A DNA stretch of 58,883 bases, the filler included. It is 7 parts of 7 records of this genome, joined end to end, with 100 filler letters (N's around TTAATTAATTAA, not from the genome) between each part and the next. Parts side by side here need not be neighbours in the genome. Positions count along the whole stretch, not along the records: positions 19,953 to 26,701 come from SRR31156797_64248; positions 26,802 to 31,934 come from SRR31156797_64268; positions 32,035 to 39,131 come from SRR31156797_64280; 4 more parts are not named here. One strand, written 5' to 3'. The position numbers and the translations under genes were made by a program. Within the stretch, counting starts at the first letter, position 1; every line of letters starts with the position of its first letter. Under the pieces are notes generated by a model. That model was not told the origin of the DNA. It did no database searches and saw nothing but the letters and a program-made list of their open reading frames with translations. Positions 22,327 to 32,181 of this stretch are shown one piece after another.

Positions 22327-23946
22327 CTAATTGGTGTTATTTTCATATATGGTTTCACCGCCGAGAACGGTACGGTCCACAGTCAATTCGTGTATCTTTT
22401 CCGGATCCATGGAAAAAATGTCTTGGGAAAGCACCGCAAAGTCTGCCAGCTTACCCGGGGCCAGAGAGCCTTTAATATCTTCTTCAAAGCTGGAATAGGC
22501 CGCATTAACCGTCAAAGCCGCCACGGCGTCGTAAACGGATACGCATTGGTCCGGTCCCAGCACATCCCCCCCGCGGGTTCTGCGGTTGACGGCAGAGGAA
22601 ATAAGTCGAAAGGGATCAAGGGGGGTCACAATGTAATCGGTATGTATGGTAAAGGGGATATTCCGTTTTTTTGCACTGGCAAGGGGACTGATGCGGGCGG
22701 CCCGCTCAGGTCCCAGAAAAGTCTTTTTATGGCCGTCCCCCCAATGGTAAAGGTGGTTGGCAAAAAAACTGGGAATAATGTTCAAAGCCGCCACTCGGTC
22801 CAGCTGGTCTTCCCGGATGGTCTGGGCATGAATCAGGATATGGCGCCCCTGGAAATCGGGATAGGCCTTCTGGGCCTTTTCAATGGCGTTGATGGCCATT
22901 TCAATGGCCTGGTCCCCGTTGCAGTGAACGGCAATCTGGCAATGATGAATGTGACTCCTGTACACGGCATCATCCAGCTCTTCCTGGGAAAAATGAAGGA
23001 TCCCGTTGGAGGTACCTTCCGTGTGATAGGGCTGAGACAGACTGGCCGTATAGGCCTGGATTGAGCCATCCAGAAGGAACTTTACCGACCCCAGCCGTAT
23101 GCGGCTGTCGCCGAAACCTGTGAAGCACCCGCTTTCAATAAGGGGTAAAAATTGCTCTTCCATGATGGTCAAGTAAAACCGCAGGGAAAGTTTGCCGGCC
23201 CTGTACATCGTGTTAAGGGTGGAAATGATCTCTTTCTGGTTTCCCAGCCACCCGATGGAACCGTCCTGGACCGAGGTAATGCCCAGGCTGTTGGCATGGG
23301 CCATCCCCCGGGTATATGCCTCCAGGTATTTTTCTTTTGTATGGGGAGGGATTTTATCAGCGGCAAGCATATAGGCATGGCCGGTGAGCACCCCTGTAGG
23401 CGCCCCGTTTTCATCCACCTCAATCCGGCCGCTCCCTCCTTCGGGAATGGGGGTGTCTCCACGGATACCGGCGATCTCAATCAGTTTGGAATTCACATAC
23501 ATTACATGGCCGGACACATGAAAAAGCGCCACCGGGATTTCCGGGCAGACCGCATCAAGATCATGACGGGTAAGATGCCGTTTTTCAGCCACCAGGGAAT
23601 CATTATACCCCGTGCCCAGCACCCATTCTCCCGCCTTTAGGGTTTTCATATTTTCCAGAATATGGTCCTGTACCCGGGCAATGGTATCGGCATCGTGGCA
23701 GGCCACTTCCATGAACTCGTTGATAAAGCTATCTGTTACATGGTTGTGGGGCTCTATCAGACCCGGGATAAGGGTTTTTCCCTCCAGGTCCACGTACTCG
23801 GTCTCTTCATCTGCATAGGTCTCAACTTCGGCCCGGCTCCCTATGGCAATAATGGTTTCTCCCATAGTGCACATGGCCTCAGCCCTGTCACCTTCATGGA
23901 CCATGGTGACGATGCAGCCATTGTGCCAGATTATCTTTTTCATCAT
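22327..23946 (-). CDS. Amidohydrolase family 3 (YtcJ-like)
   Basis: PGLIEPHNH, KFLLDGS, HCNGD, HAQ, HTD, KGSLAPGKLADFAVL. Confidence 0.9.
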   Translation of the reverse strand: MMKKIIWHNGCIVTMVHEGDRAEAMCTMGETIIAIGSRAEVETYADEETEYVDLEGKTLIPGLIEPHNHVTDSFINEFMEVACHDADTIARVQDHILENMKTLKAGEWVLGTGYNDSLVAEKRHLTRHDLDAVCPEIPVALFHVSGHVMYVNSKLIEIAGIRGDTPIPEGGSGRIEVDENGAPTGVLTGHAYMLAADKIPPHTKEKYLEAYTRGMAHANSLGITSVQDGSIGWLGNQKEIISTLNTMYRAGKLSLRFYLTIMEEQFLPLIESGCFTGFGDSRIRLGSVKFLLDGSIQAYTASLSQPYHTEGTSNGILHFSQEELDDAVYRSHIHHCQIAVHCNGDQAIEMAINAIEKAQKAYPDFQGRHILIHAQTIREDQLDRVAALNIIPSFFANHLYHWGDGHKKTFLGPERAARISPLASAKKRNIPFTIHTDYIVTPLDPFRLISSAVNRRTRGGDVLGPDQCVSVYDAVAALTVNAAYSSFEEDIKGSLAPGKLADFAVLSQDIFSMDPEKIHELTVDRTVLGGETIYENNTN

Positions 23947-24005
23947 CTTTCTCCTTGGTTATTCAACAGGTTGTTTTTACACTACTCTTCCCCATCAAAA
24001 GGACA

Positions 24006-24043
24006 ATAGGGGATACCCCCCAGAAGGGAGGGAAAGATACCCC
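24006..24043. promoter_or_regulatory. Candidate response-regulator binding sites in divergent intergenic region
   Basis: GATACCCC at 24012 and 24036; the first lies within the imperfect palindrome TAGGGGATACCCCCCA. Confidence 0.35.
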
Positions 24044-24105
24044 ATGCCTCTAAATCATAAAGAAAAAGCTTGTATCCCTTTATTTTTTCTCCCATTATGG
24101 TTTCC

Positions 24106-24762
24106 ATGGAAAATGACAGCATACGCATCGTATTGATTGAAGATCATGTATTATTTCGCACCGGCATCGCCCAGATGCTGACTGCGGAAAACCGGTATAA
24201 AATAGTGGGAGAAGCCGGCACAGGGCTTGAAGGCCTTGATATGACGTTTAAACTGCTTCCCGATGTGGTGCTGCTGGATATCTCACTGCCCGAATTAAGG
24301 GGGGTTGAAGTGGCAAGTCGCATCAAAGAAAAACATCCCCAGATAAAAGTGCTCATGGTATCCATGCATGATTCAGTGGGATATCTGCGATCTGCCCTCA
24401 AGGCCGGGGCCGACGGCTACCTGCTCAAATCAACCAGTGTGGATGAATTTTTTGTTGCCCTCAAGGCCGTGACAGAAAATAAAAAATATATATGCTCGGA
24501 GTGCGCCGGCCATGTGGTCACCCCCTTTGCCCAGGAAGCCGTGACAATAAACGATCCTCTGGATGAGGTGACCTTAAGGGAAAAGGAAATCCTCACCCTC
24601 ATCGCAGAGGGCAACAGCAATAAGGAAGTGGCTGTCAAACTTGATATTTCCGTCAAAACAGTGGACAACCACCGCAGTAATGTCATGCGGAAACTGGCCC
24701 TTCACAATGTCAGGGATATCATCTTTTTTGCCATAGAAAACAGACTCATTGAAAAGGGCTGA
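24106..24762 (+). CDS. NarL/LuxR-family response regulator
   Basis: IEDH, LLDISLP, SMH, GYLLK receiver; T.REKEIL..IAEGNSNKEVA...KTVDNHR HTH. Confidence 0.93.
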   Translation: MENDSIRIVLIEDHVLFRTGIAQMLTAENRYKIVGEAGTGLEGLDMTFKLLPDVVLLDISLPELRGVEVASRIKEKHPQIKVLMVSMHDSVGYLRSALKAGADGYLLKSTSVDEFFVALKAVTENKKYICSECAGHVVTPFAQEAVTINDPLDEVTLREKEILTLIAEGNSNKEVAVKLDISVKTVDNHRSNVMRKLALHNVRDIIFFAIENRLIEKG

Positions 24763-24767
24763 ACCCA

Positions 24768-26378
24768 ATGGCTGCCTCCCGGATTCTTGGACTCCTGATG
24801 TGCATGGCCGTCCTGGGCAGCAATGCCCCGTCGGTTCACAGCAATGAGCCAGCCAGGGAGAACACCATCACCGTGGGCATAGAGGCCGCCCCGACCTCCA
24901 TTCTCCCCATGGTGGTAACAGGAAGTCAGTCCGGCCAGATTTCGGCCCAGGTATTTGCAGGCCTTTGCCGCTTGACGCCCAAAGGGGAGCTGGTGCCCTA
25001 CCTTGCCCGCTCCTTTTGCTACACACCGGATTATAAAACCATTAAGATCAGGCTTCGCACCAACGCCACCTTCCATGACGGCGTCCCCATCACGGCCAGG
25101 GATGTTGAATTTTCAATCCGCACCGCCCAAAAAATCCACGCCTTTCATACGGTATTTGAACAATTAAGGGAAATCAGGCTGGATTCCCCCCATGAACTTA
25201 CCCTAAAATTCAAGGCACCCCAACCCCATTTCATGAAGATGATGCTGTCCTCCCTTGTGCCCATCCTGCCCCGGCACATCTATGGAAGCGTCAAGGGGGT
25301 AATGTCAAGGACCATGGAATCCACACTCGTGGGGTCAGGCCCTTTCAGGCCGGTCTCCTATTCAGAAAAAACGATTAAACTGGAAAAATATCCCGGTTTT
25401 TTTCTCAAGGGCCGCCCTTTCCTTGACGGAATTACCTTTATCTTTTACGACAAGGTGGGAGAAATCTACTATGGGTTTGTTGAACAGGAGATTGATGTCT
25501 CCGCATTTAACTGGCGGTATGACCGGGCAGGGCTTGTTAAAACCGCCCCCTATCTTGCCCATACCACAGCAGGTTATGGAAACATTAAGCCCTATTTTCT
25601 CATACAATTTAATTTAGCCACCCCTCCCTTTGACCGGCTGTTGGTCCGTAAGGCCCTGAGCCTTGCCATTGACAGAAAATTCCTTGGGGCAAACGGATTT
25701 TCCCGGCCAATTGACCCCATGTACGGCCCCATGGTTCAAATCGATCCCTTTTACACCCCCCCGTCCTATGACCATGTCCACAATGTCCGGGAAGCCAACA
25801 GGCTGATGGACCAGGCAGGGTTTCCCCGCAACGCGGCAGGCGTCCGTATGCAGATTGTCACGGAAAGTGCCCCCTATGTATCCCAGACATCGGCCATACT
25901 GACCTTTCTCCAATACGAGCTTTCCCGGACCATAGGTGTGGAATTGATCATTTCCACACCGAAAAGCTCCGGAGAATGGGAAAAAAAAATCGGATCGGGG
26001 AAATACAGTTCAACCATTGACGAACTCTTTTCATGGCATGATCCTGTTATCGGATTCCACAGGCTATACGCCTCAAGCAACCGGGGCCGTGAAAAGGTCT
26101 GGTCAAACACCACCGGATTTTCAGATCCGGATATAGATCGGCTGCTTACCCGGGCTGCCATGGAGGCAGATACCGTTAAACGCAAGGCCCTATATGCAAA
26201 AATCCAGAATGGTATCGGCAGCCGTTATATCTCTTTGTGGCTCACGGGCACCCCCTATTCAACCATCTACAATACCCGGGTACACGGCCTTGACGACCTC
26301 TTTTTGTCCACCATGTCCCCCATGGATACAATCCATGTAACAGGGCATGCCCCCGCCGCATTAAGGAAAAGCCCCTAA
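24768..26378 (+). CDS. ABC-type solute-binding protein, family 5 (peptide/nickel)
   Basis: Signal peptide, PYLARS, FHDGVPITARDVEFS, GSGPF, PFDRLLVRKALSLAIDR. Confidence 0.88.
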   Translation: MAASRILGLLMCMAVLGSNAPSVHSNEPARENTITVGIEAAPTSILPMVVTGSQSGQISAQVFAGLCRLTPKGELVPYLARSFCYTPDYKTIKIRLRTNATFHDGVPITARDVEFSIRTAQKIHAFHTVFEQLREIRLDSPHELTLKFKAPQPHFMKMMLSSLVPILPRHIYGSVKGVMSRTMESTLVGSGPFRPVSYSEKTIKLEKYPGFFLKGRPFLDGITFIFYDKVGEIYYGFVEQEIDVSAFNWRYDRAGLVKTAPYLAHTTAGYGNIKPYFLIQFNLATPPFDRLLVRKALSLAIDRKFLGANGFSRPIDPMYGPMVQIDPFYTPPSYDHVHNVREANRLMDQAGFPRNAAGVRMQIVTESAPYVSQTSAILTFLQYELSRTIGVELIISTPKSSGEWEKKIGSGKYSSTIDELFSWHDPVIGFHRLYASSNRGREKVWSNTTGFSDPDIDRLLTRAAMEADTVKRKALYAKIQNGIGSRYISLWLTGTPYSTIYNTRVHGLDDLFLSTMSPMDTIHVTGHAPAALRKSP

Positions 26379-26701
26379 TGGCAGCCACCCTTTCCATTGC
26401 CAGAAAAACCCAGATCGGGATCGTTTGCGCTTTTGCATTTATCTCCCTGGTGGTGGTCATTCTCTACCTCCACTTTTCATTTTTCAACACACAATTAAAG
26501 CACTCTGCCGACACAACCATTCCAAGCCTCATTCAGCATACTAGGCTGGCCCAGCACAGTCACTGGCTCCAGGTGCAGATGGAACAGGCCCTGGCCACTG
26601 ACAACCCCCTGATCCTCAGACGGATCGCCAAACGGATCCGGGAACGCAGCGCCCATGTGCAGACCATAAAAACCCTAAGATCCGTCCACAAAGACCCTGA
26701 T
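26378..26701 (+). CDS. Probable membrane sensor (histidine kinase) N-terminus, truncated
   Basis: TM helix then helical periplasmic region; TAATG overlap with the SBP gene; kinase domain not visible. Confidence 0.5.
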
Positions 26702-26801
26702 NNNNNNNNNNNNNNNNNNNNNNNNNNNNNNNNNNNNNNNNNNNNTTAATTAATTAANNNNNNNNNNNNNNNNNNNNNNNNNNNNNNNNNNNNNNNNNNN
26801 N
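26702..26801. other. Artificial contig spacer
   Basis: Same N/TTAATTAATTAA/N spacer. Confidence 0.97.
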
Positions 26802-27201
26802 CCGCTGGATTTTTTCCGTATATCAAGCCACCGTTCCGTGGTGCTCCATTATTATGAGAAAAGTGTTCGGCGTGGCCGGCGCGGCACATGGGAACCACAA
26901 TCGCTTGAATCTGCGTTACGCCTGGCCGTCGGGCGAATGGGGGTCGCTGCCCATTGAAGGGGGGGTCATGGCGGCCTATAAAAGGCAGATCGAGGCGGCC
27001 GACGATCCGGACGCTTTGCGGGATGAAATCGAGAAGAAGCTACAGGCTGTGACCTCGCCTTTCCGCACCGCGGAAAGCTTCGGTATCGAAGAGATTATCG
27101 ATCCGCGTGAAACTCGACCGCTTTTATGCGACTGGGTTGAAACCGCTTATCGCCTGTTGCCAAGTGAGCTTGGGATCAAACGGCGCGGCATGAGGCCGTA
27201 G
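26802..27201 (+). CDS. Acyl-CoA carboxylase carboxyltransferase, C-terminal fragment
   Basis: QATVPWCSIIMRKVFGVAG, AWPSGEWGSLPIEGG, EEIIDPRETR. Confidence 0.85.
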
Positions 27202-27207
27202 ATATTT

Positions 27208-27247
27208 CACCACGGAGACACAGAGGGCACAGAGAAAGAGAAGAGAG
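27208..27247 (+). repeat. Left 40-bp inverted repeat of GxxExxY cassette
   Basis: CACCACGGAGACACAGAGGGCACAGAGAAAGAGAAGAGAG; 37/40 match to reverse complement of 27672-27711. Confidence 0.9.
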
Positions 27248-27250
27248 TTA

Positions 27251-27622
27251 TTATATTATCCTTCTGCGGATGCCGTCCTTTAGAATAGGGACGTTGAAGT
27301 TAATAAGCAGGCCCAGTTTCCAGCCGCCCAGCTTGAGGTAACTCATTAGCTGTGCCTCGTGAATAGGTTCTATTGAGGCTACGGCCTTTAATTCAACTAC
27401 AATTGCACCGGCTACAAGCAGGTCGAGCCTGTATCCACAATCTAGTCTCACGCCCTTATATACTACAGGCAAAGCAAACTGTCGCTTAAACGGAATTCCC
27501 CTTAATTCCAATTCCCGGCACAAACATTCTTCATAGGTCGATTCCAACAGTCCCGGGCCAAGCTCACTATGCACCTCAATCGCCGCTCCAATAATCGCAT
27601 GAGTCAACCGGTTATGATCCAT
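27251..27622 (-). CDS. GxxExxY protein (PD-(D/E)XK nuclease-like)
   Basis: [35 protein letters not shown]. Confidence 0.93.
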   Translation of the reverse strand: MDHNRLTHAIIGAAIEVHSELGPGLLESTYEECLCRELELRGIPFKRQFALPVVYKGVRLDCGYRLDLLVAGAIVVELKAVASIEPIHEAQLMSYLKLGGWKLGLLINFNVPILKDGIRRRII

Positions 27623-27671
27623 ATTTTCCCTATATTATTATTTTTTATTTTCTTATATTTTATCTATTATT

Positions 27672-27711
27672 CTCTCTTTTCTTTCTCTGTGACCTCTGTG
27701 TCTCTGTGGTG
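27672..27711 (-). repeat. Right 40-bp inverted repeat of GxxExxY cassette
   Basis: Reverse complement reads CACCACAGAGACACAGAGGTCACAGAGAAAGAAAAGAGAG. Confidence 0.9.
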
Positions 27712-27735
27712 TAATTTCTCCGGCGGCCATGTATT

Positions 27736-29163
27736 TCAGCTTTTGCGCCCGCCGACTATGATTTCCGGGATGCGAAGGGTCGGTTGGGCGTCGGCCACTG
27801 GAACTCCCTGGCCGTCCTTGCCGCAGGTTCCGATGGCAAAACCTAGATCAAAGCCGACCATGTCTATATTTTTAAGAACTTCAGGGCCGTTGCCGGTCAG
27901 GGTCGCGCCTCTCACCGGATCTCCAAGGCTTCCGTTTTTAATAATGTAACCTTCCGATACCTCGAATACAAAATCGCCGTTGACCGTATCCACTTGTCCG
28001 CCGCCCATTTTTTTCACCCAAAGACCATCGGGAGTTGATTTAAGAATTTCTTCGGGGTCGGTTTCCCCGGGAGCGATAAGGGTGTTGGTCATGCGGACGA
28101 CAGGTTTATGTCGAAAAGATTCACGCCGTCCATTGCCTGTTGAATCCACCTTGGCTTTCATGGCAGTGCGGCGGTCGTACATGTAGTTTTGCAGGACGCC
28201 TTCCTTGACCAATACGGTGTTTTGGGCGGGAGCGCCTTCGTCATCAACGGCAAAGGAGCCTCTTTTATATTCCAAAGTGGCGTCGTCGCGGACGGTTATT
28301 AGAGGTGAAGCTATTTTTTCTCCTATTTTACCGGCATATACAGACAATCCCTCATCTGAAAGATCAGCTTCCAGGCCGTGCCCCACGGCTTCATGAATCA
28401 TTGTTCCGCCGGCATCGGATGACAGGACGACAGGCATGGGACCTGCCGGGGCTTCATCCGCCTTGAGCATTAACAGGGCTCGGGAAGCGGCGATTTCCGC
28501 TATTTTTTCAGGAGACGTATTGTCAAAAATTTCAAATCCCATGGCGCCGCCCAGGGGTTCGTATCCAACCTGCATGCGCTTTCCGTCGGAAGCAACAACC
28601 TGGACCATAAAGACGGTGCTTATTCTTTCATCACCGCTTAGAAAGCCGTCGGAATTAAGAATGACCACTTTTTGAACCCTGTCGCCGTATATCACCCTGA
28701 CCTGTTTGATTTGGTCTCCGAATTCCCTGGCTTTTGCTTCGGCTCGTTTGATCAGGGCAATTTTATCTGCCGTTCCCATGCTGTCAGGACGGATTCCGGC
28801 TTGAAAGGCCGGGCCGACAACACCGGGTTTAATTGCGGAAAAATCCATTTCGCGCCCTTTGTCCACGGCTCCGGCCGCAGAGCCGGCGAGTTCCATCAAT
28901 CTTTCCGGAGAAAGTTCGTTTGTGGCGGCAAAGGCTTGGCGGTCGTCAAACAAAACCCTTAATCCGCAGCCGTTGTCAAAACCGGAAATAACTTTTTCGA
29001 GCCGGCCGTCTTCCATGACAATTGATGTAAGGGAGACATCTTCCCAGAAAAGGTCGGCCAGGTCTCCGCCCCTGGAGAGAGATTTTCGTAATATATTTTC
29101 ACCATCAAGGTCTTCAATTACTTTATGAACCCACTGTTTGGACACTATGTTTCCCTCGCTCAC
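27736..29163 (-). CDS. tldD: TldD/PmbA family metalloprotease (TldD type)
   Basis: HEAVGHGLEAD, DDEG, STGNGRRES, RMTNT, CGKDGQGVPV. Confidence 0.92.
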   Translation of the reverse strand: MSEGNIVSKQWVHKVIEDLDGENILRKSLSRGGDLADLFWEDVSLTSIVMEDGRLEKVISGFDNGCGLRVLFDDRQAFAATNELSPERLMELAGSAAGAVDKGREMDFSAIKPGVVGPAFQAGIRPDSMGTADKIALIKRAEAKAREFGDQIKQVRVIYGDRVQKVVILNSDGFLSGDERISTVFMVQVVASDGKRMQVGYEPLGGAMGFEIFDNTSPEKIAEIAASRALLMLKADEAPAGPMPVVLSSDAGGTMIHEAVGHGLEADLSDEGLSVYAGKIGEKIASPLITVRDDATLEYKRGSFAVDDEGAPAQNTVLVKEGVLQNYMYDRRTAMKAKVDSTGNGRRESFRHKPVVRMTNTLIAPGETDPEEILKSTPDGLWVKKMGGGQVDTVNGDFVFEVSEGYIIKNGSLGDPVRGATLTGNGPEVLKNIDMVGFDLGFAIGTCGKDGQGVPVADAQPTLRIPEIIVGGRKS

Positions 29164-29294
29164 CTGAGATTATTTAGCTTTGATTGAATTAACGGCCGGG
29201 CGTAAAGTCCCTGGCCGCTACAGCCGGCCGCCCATGCCGAGCTTTGAGATTTTATAATATGGCGCCCGTAATGGAAGTGCAAACAGAATCAGCC

Positions 29295-29310
29295 CCCTGA
29301 ATATTCAGGG
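29295..29310. promoter_or_regulatory. Perfect 16-bp palindrome (operator or terminator)
   Basis: CCCTGAATATTCAGGG between the kinase stop and the tldD start. Confidence 0.35.
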
Positions 29311-29335
29311 CGTCAAAAGATATAATAAGTCAGAC

Positions 29336-31798
29336 TTAATCCCTGTCGAGCGCATTTCTGACAGCAGTCAGCAATGAAGAACGCCTGAAAGGCTTGGCCA
29401 CATAGTCCAGGGCGCCGGAATCAAGAGCGGATCGGGCCTGCCCGTTTGCGGAATAACCGCTGGCAATAATGATTTTTGCCCGGGGATTTAATTCAAGGAT
29501 CAGTTCCAGGCATTTTTGCCCGCCCATGCCCGGCATGCCCAGATCCAGGATGATCAAATCCAGTTGTTGGCCCTGTTCACGGTATATTTCAAGGGCTGCT
29601 TCTCCGCTTTCAGCAGTAATGACTTTATAGCCGGCGCTTTCCAGGGCGGCCGAACCCAATTCGCGCAACGACTCTTCGTCGTCCACCAGGAGAATGGCTT
29701 CATTTCCGCCGGGAGCTTGCTGCTGTTCAATTTCATCAGGATATGCAAGAGCATCGTTGCTTTTAATAGCCGGGAGATAGATTTTGAAAGCTGCGCCCAT
29801 GCCGGATTCGCTGTAGCAGTATATGTGCCCCCGATGCCCCTTGACAATACCGAACACCGAGGAAAGTCCCAGTCCTGTGCCCTTGCCTATGTCCTTGGTA
29901 GTGAAAAACGGTTCGAATATTTTTTCAATTGTGTCTTTTTCGATTCCCGATCCCGTGTCCGAAACTTCTAGAAAGACGTATTCACCAGGCTCAACTTCGG
30001 CGTGTACACTGCAATATTCATCGTCCAGAAAAACGTTTCTGGTTTCAAATAACAGGCGTCCGCCGTCAGGCATGGCGTCGGCGGCATTGGAAGCCAGGTT
30101 GATCAAAACCTGCTCCATCTGGGTTGGATCGGCATTGACCAGCTTGAGATCCGCAGAAAAATTTGCTTCAACGCTAATCATTTTAGGAAGGGTTCTGCCG
30201 AGAATGTCTATGGTGCGCCTGATTTCCTTGTTCATATTAACCGGCCTGAGCTGCACCTGAATCTTTCGGCTGAAGGTTAGAATTTGTTCGACCAGGTTTC
30301 GCGCCCGTTCGGCGGCTTTTATGACATTTGAAATATAACCCTTGCATTTTTCTTCACGGCCGACTGTTTCAAGGGCCAATTCCGAGTAGCCCATGATAGC
30401 TGCCAGAATATTATTGAAATCGTGGGCCACGCCGCCGGCTAATTTGCCGACAGCCTCCATCTTCTGGGACTGCCGAAGTTGCTGCTCCAGGAGACGCTGT
30501 CTTTCCTCAATTTCCTTTTGCTCGGTTATGTCGCGTCCCACGCCGATTATTTCAACCACCTGTCCTTTATCATCAAGAACGGAAGTATCCATCCAGGACA
30601 ACCAGCGCCAGCCGTTTTTAGTCATGGCCCGTTGTTCCATGTAGGCTTTGTAGGGCGGCTTGTACAGGTTTTCCATGGCTTTAGCGGTTGACTCGCGGTC
30701 GTCTTCATGAACCAGGGGCATAAAGGCTTTACCTAGCAATTCGGTATCTGGTATGCCGAACATTTCACAATAAGTGGGACTGACAAACAAAAACCGCCCA
30801 TCCGGGTCGACTTTGACGACCATATCGGTCTGGTTTTCCACGAGTAAACGGTATTTTACCTCCGATTGCCTTAACGCATCCTCGGCCTTTTTGCGCTGGG
30901 TAATGTCGGTGACAATGCCTTCTATGGCCACGGGATGGCCGTCAGGTCCCTTTATCAGGACGTTGCGTTGAAAGAGCCACCGCGGTTCGCCTGACTTATG
31001 GATAATCTGGTATTCGTACGTGGGGGGCATTTCACCATTTAAAAGCAGTCCCCATTGCTCTTCAAAGTATTGTTGCCAATCAGGGTGAATAACCTGTTGA
31101 ATCAATACGGGCGAACTCATGAAATCTTCAGGACTGTAACCGGTAATACTTATAGAGGCCGGGCTGATGTACTCGTAACGGCCATCGGGCAATGACATTC
31201 TGTAAATCATATCCCTTGCATTTTCCATCAGCCGCTTAAACCGTTCTTCGCTTTTCCGTAAATCACCGGAGACTTTCTGTTCGTTAATCCTGTGTATGAT
31301 CATTTCGGTCAGCATTTCAGTATAATGATCTAAAAAACCAAGAATGCTTTCAAGTTTTTTCGGCGATATGACCGGCGTGCTTTTCACGGCAGCCAAATAC
31401 GATTCTGTTTCAAACCCGTATATTTCGGCCTGCTTTTGGAAATATTTCAGGTCGGGTTCTTCGGTGAAAAACTGACCGATGAACATGTTGGCGACATGCT
31501 CTTCTTCCAGAATGATGGGGGCGACGGCATCGGTCAGGCCGTTTTTACATTGATATATATAGTATTTTTCTTCTGTTACAATCTTTTGCATCAGGATTTC
31601 GTCGCTTTCATGACAATATTTCCTGGTAACAGGATTTGTTCTATGAAAGTCGAGGCACAACCGCTGCCAGCGGGAACGAATACTCACTTGGCCCTTAAAG
31701 TCATAGATAGCCGAGGCTATGCCTGTCAGGTCGCCCAAACTGTCCAAAAATGCTTGAATTTTTTCAATTTCGAGAAGCTTAGACAGGTTATATTCCAT
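29336..31798 (-). CDS. Hybrid sensor histidine kinase (PocR-PAS-PAS-HisKA-HATPase-REC)
   Basis: PocR-like CLDFHR/CHESD/CKNGL; two PAS domains; GGVAHDFNNIL; FFTTK..GKGTGLGL; LVDDE..DLGMP. Confidence 0.92.
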   Translation of the reverse strand: MEYNLSKLLEIEKIQAFLDSLGDLTGIASAIYDFKGQVSIRSRWQRLCLDFHRTNPVTRKYCHESDEILMQKIVTEEKYYIYQCKNGLTDAVAPIILEEEHVANMFIGQFFTEEPDLKYFQKQAEIYGFETESYLAAVKSTPVISPKKLESILGFLDHYTEMLTEMIIHRINEQKVSGDLRKSEERFKRLMENARDMIYRMSLPDGRYEYISPASISITGYSPEDFMSSPVLIQQVIHPDWQQYFEEQWGLLLNGEMPPTYEYQIIHKSGEPRWLFQRNVLIKGPDGHPVAIEGIVTDITQRKKAEDALRQSEVKYRLLVENQTDMVVKVDPDGRFLFVSPTYCEMFGIPDTELLGKAFMPLVHEDDRESTAKAMENLYKPPYKAYMEQRAMTKNGWRWLSWMDTSVLDDKGQVVEIIGVGRDITEQKEIEERQRLLEQQLRQSQKMEAVGKLAGGVAHDFNNILAAIMGYSELALETVGREEKCKGYISNVIKAAERARNLVEQILTFSRKIQVQLRPVNMNKEIRRTIDILGRTLPKMISVEANFSADLKLVNADPTQMEQVLINLASNAADAMPDGGRLLFETRNVFLDDEYCSVHAEVEPGEYVFLEVSDTGSGIEKDTIEKIFEPFFTTKDIGKGTGLGLSSVFGIVKGHRGHIYCYSESGMGAAFKIYLPAIKSNDALAYPDEIEQQQAPGGNEAILLVDDEESLRELGSAALESAGYKVITAESGEAALEIYREQGQQLDLIILDLGMPGMGGQKCLELILELNPRAKIIIASGYSANGQARSALDSGALDYVAKPFRRSSLLTAVRNALDRD

Positions 31799-31934
31799 GG
31801 CCTGCTCCAGAAACCGGGTTTGCAAATATCTTGGCAATAGCCGCCTTTTTATAAGATGACAGATTCAAGTTCTTAAGACAAGTCGGAGTTAGTGATGCAT
31901 GGCGTATTGACCGGCCATTTATTCCGCGGGAAAA

Positions 31935-32034
31935 NNNNNNNNNNNNNNNNNNNNNNNNNNNNNNNNNNNNNNNNNNNNTTAATTAATTAANNNNNNNNNN
32001 NNNNNNNNNNNNNNNNNNNNNNNNNNNNNNNNNN
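31935..32034. other. Artificial contig spacer
   Basis: Same N/TTAATTAATTAA/N spacer. Confidence 0.97.
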
Positions 32035-32157
32035 CCCCATTTTTCTTTCACCACCATCAGACATTTCAGTTTCACTGCTCAAATATATTAACATCATTAT
32101 ATTAATTGGTTATATCTTGTTTGGTGGATTTTTTGTAAAGCCGCGAAATAATCCGGG
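32035..32157 (-). mobile_element. Left end of an IS1380-like element cut by the contig break
   Basis: 32035-32064 is nearly identical to the transposase start at 35318-35348 (ATG.CTGATGGTGGTGAAAG); terminal CCCGGATTAT resembles CCTGAATTAT. Confidence 0.65.
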
Positions 32158-32181
32158 TTAAAGATTCAAACCACGCGGGGA

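Noticed and set aside
27208-27247. CACAGAG periodic units as a CRISPR array
   Set aside because: Only three short units per arm, no spacers and no cas genes; reported as inverted repeats instead.
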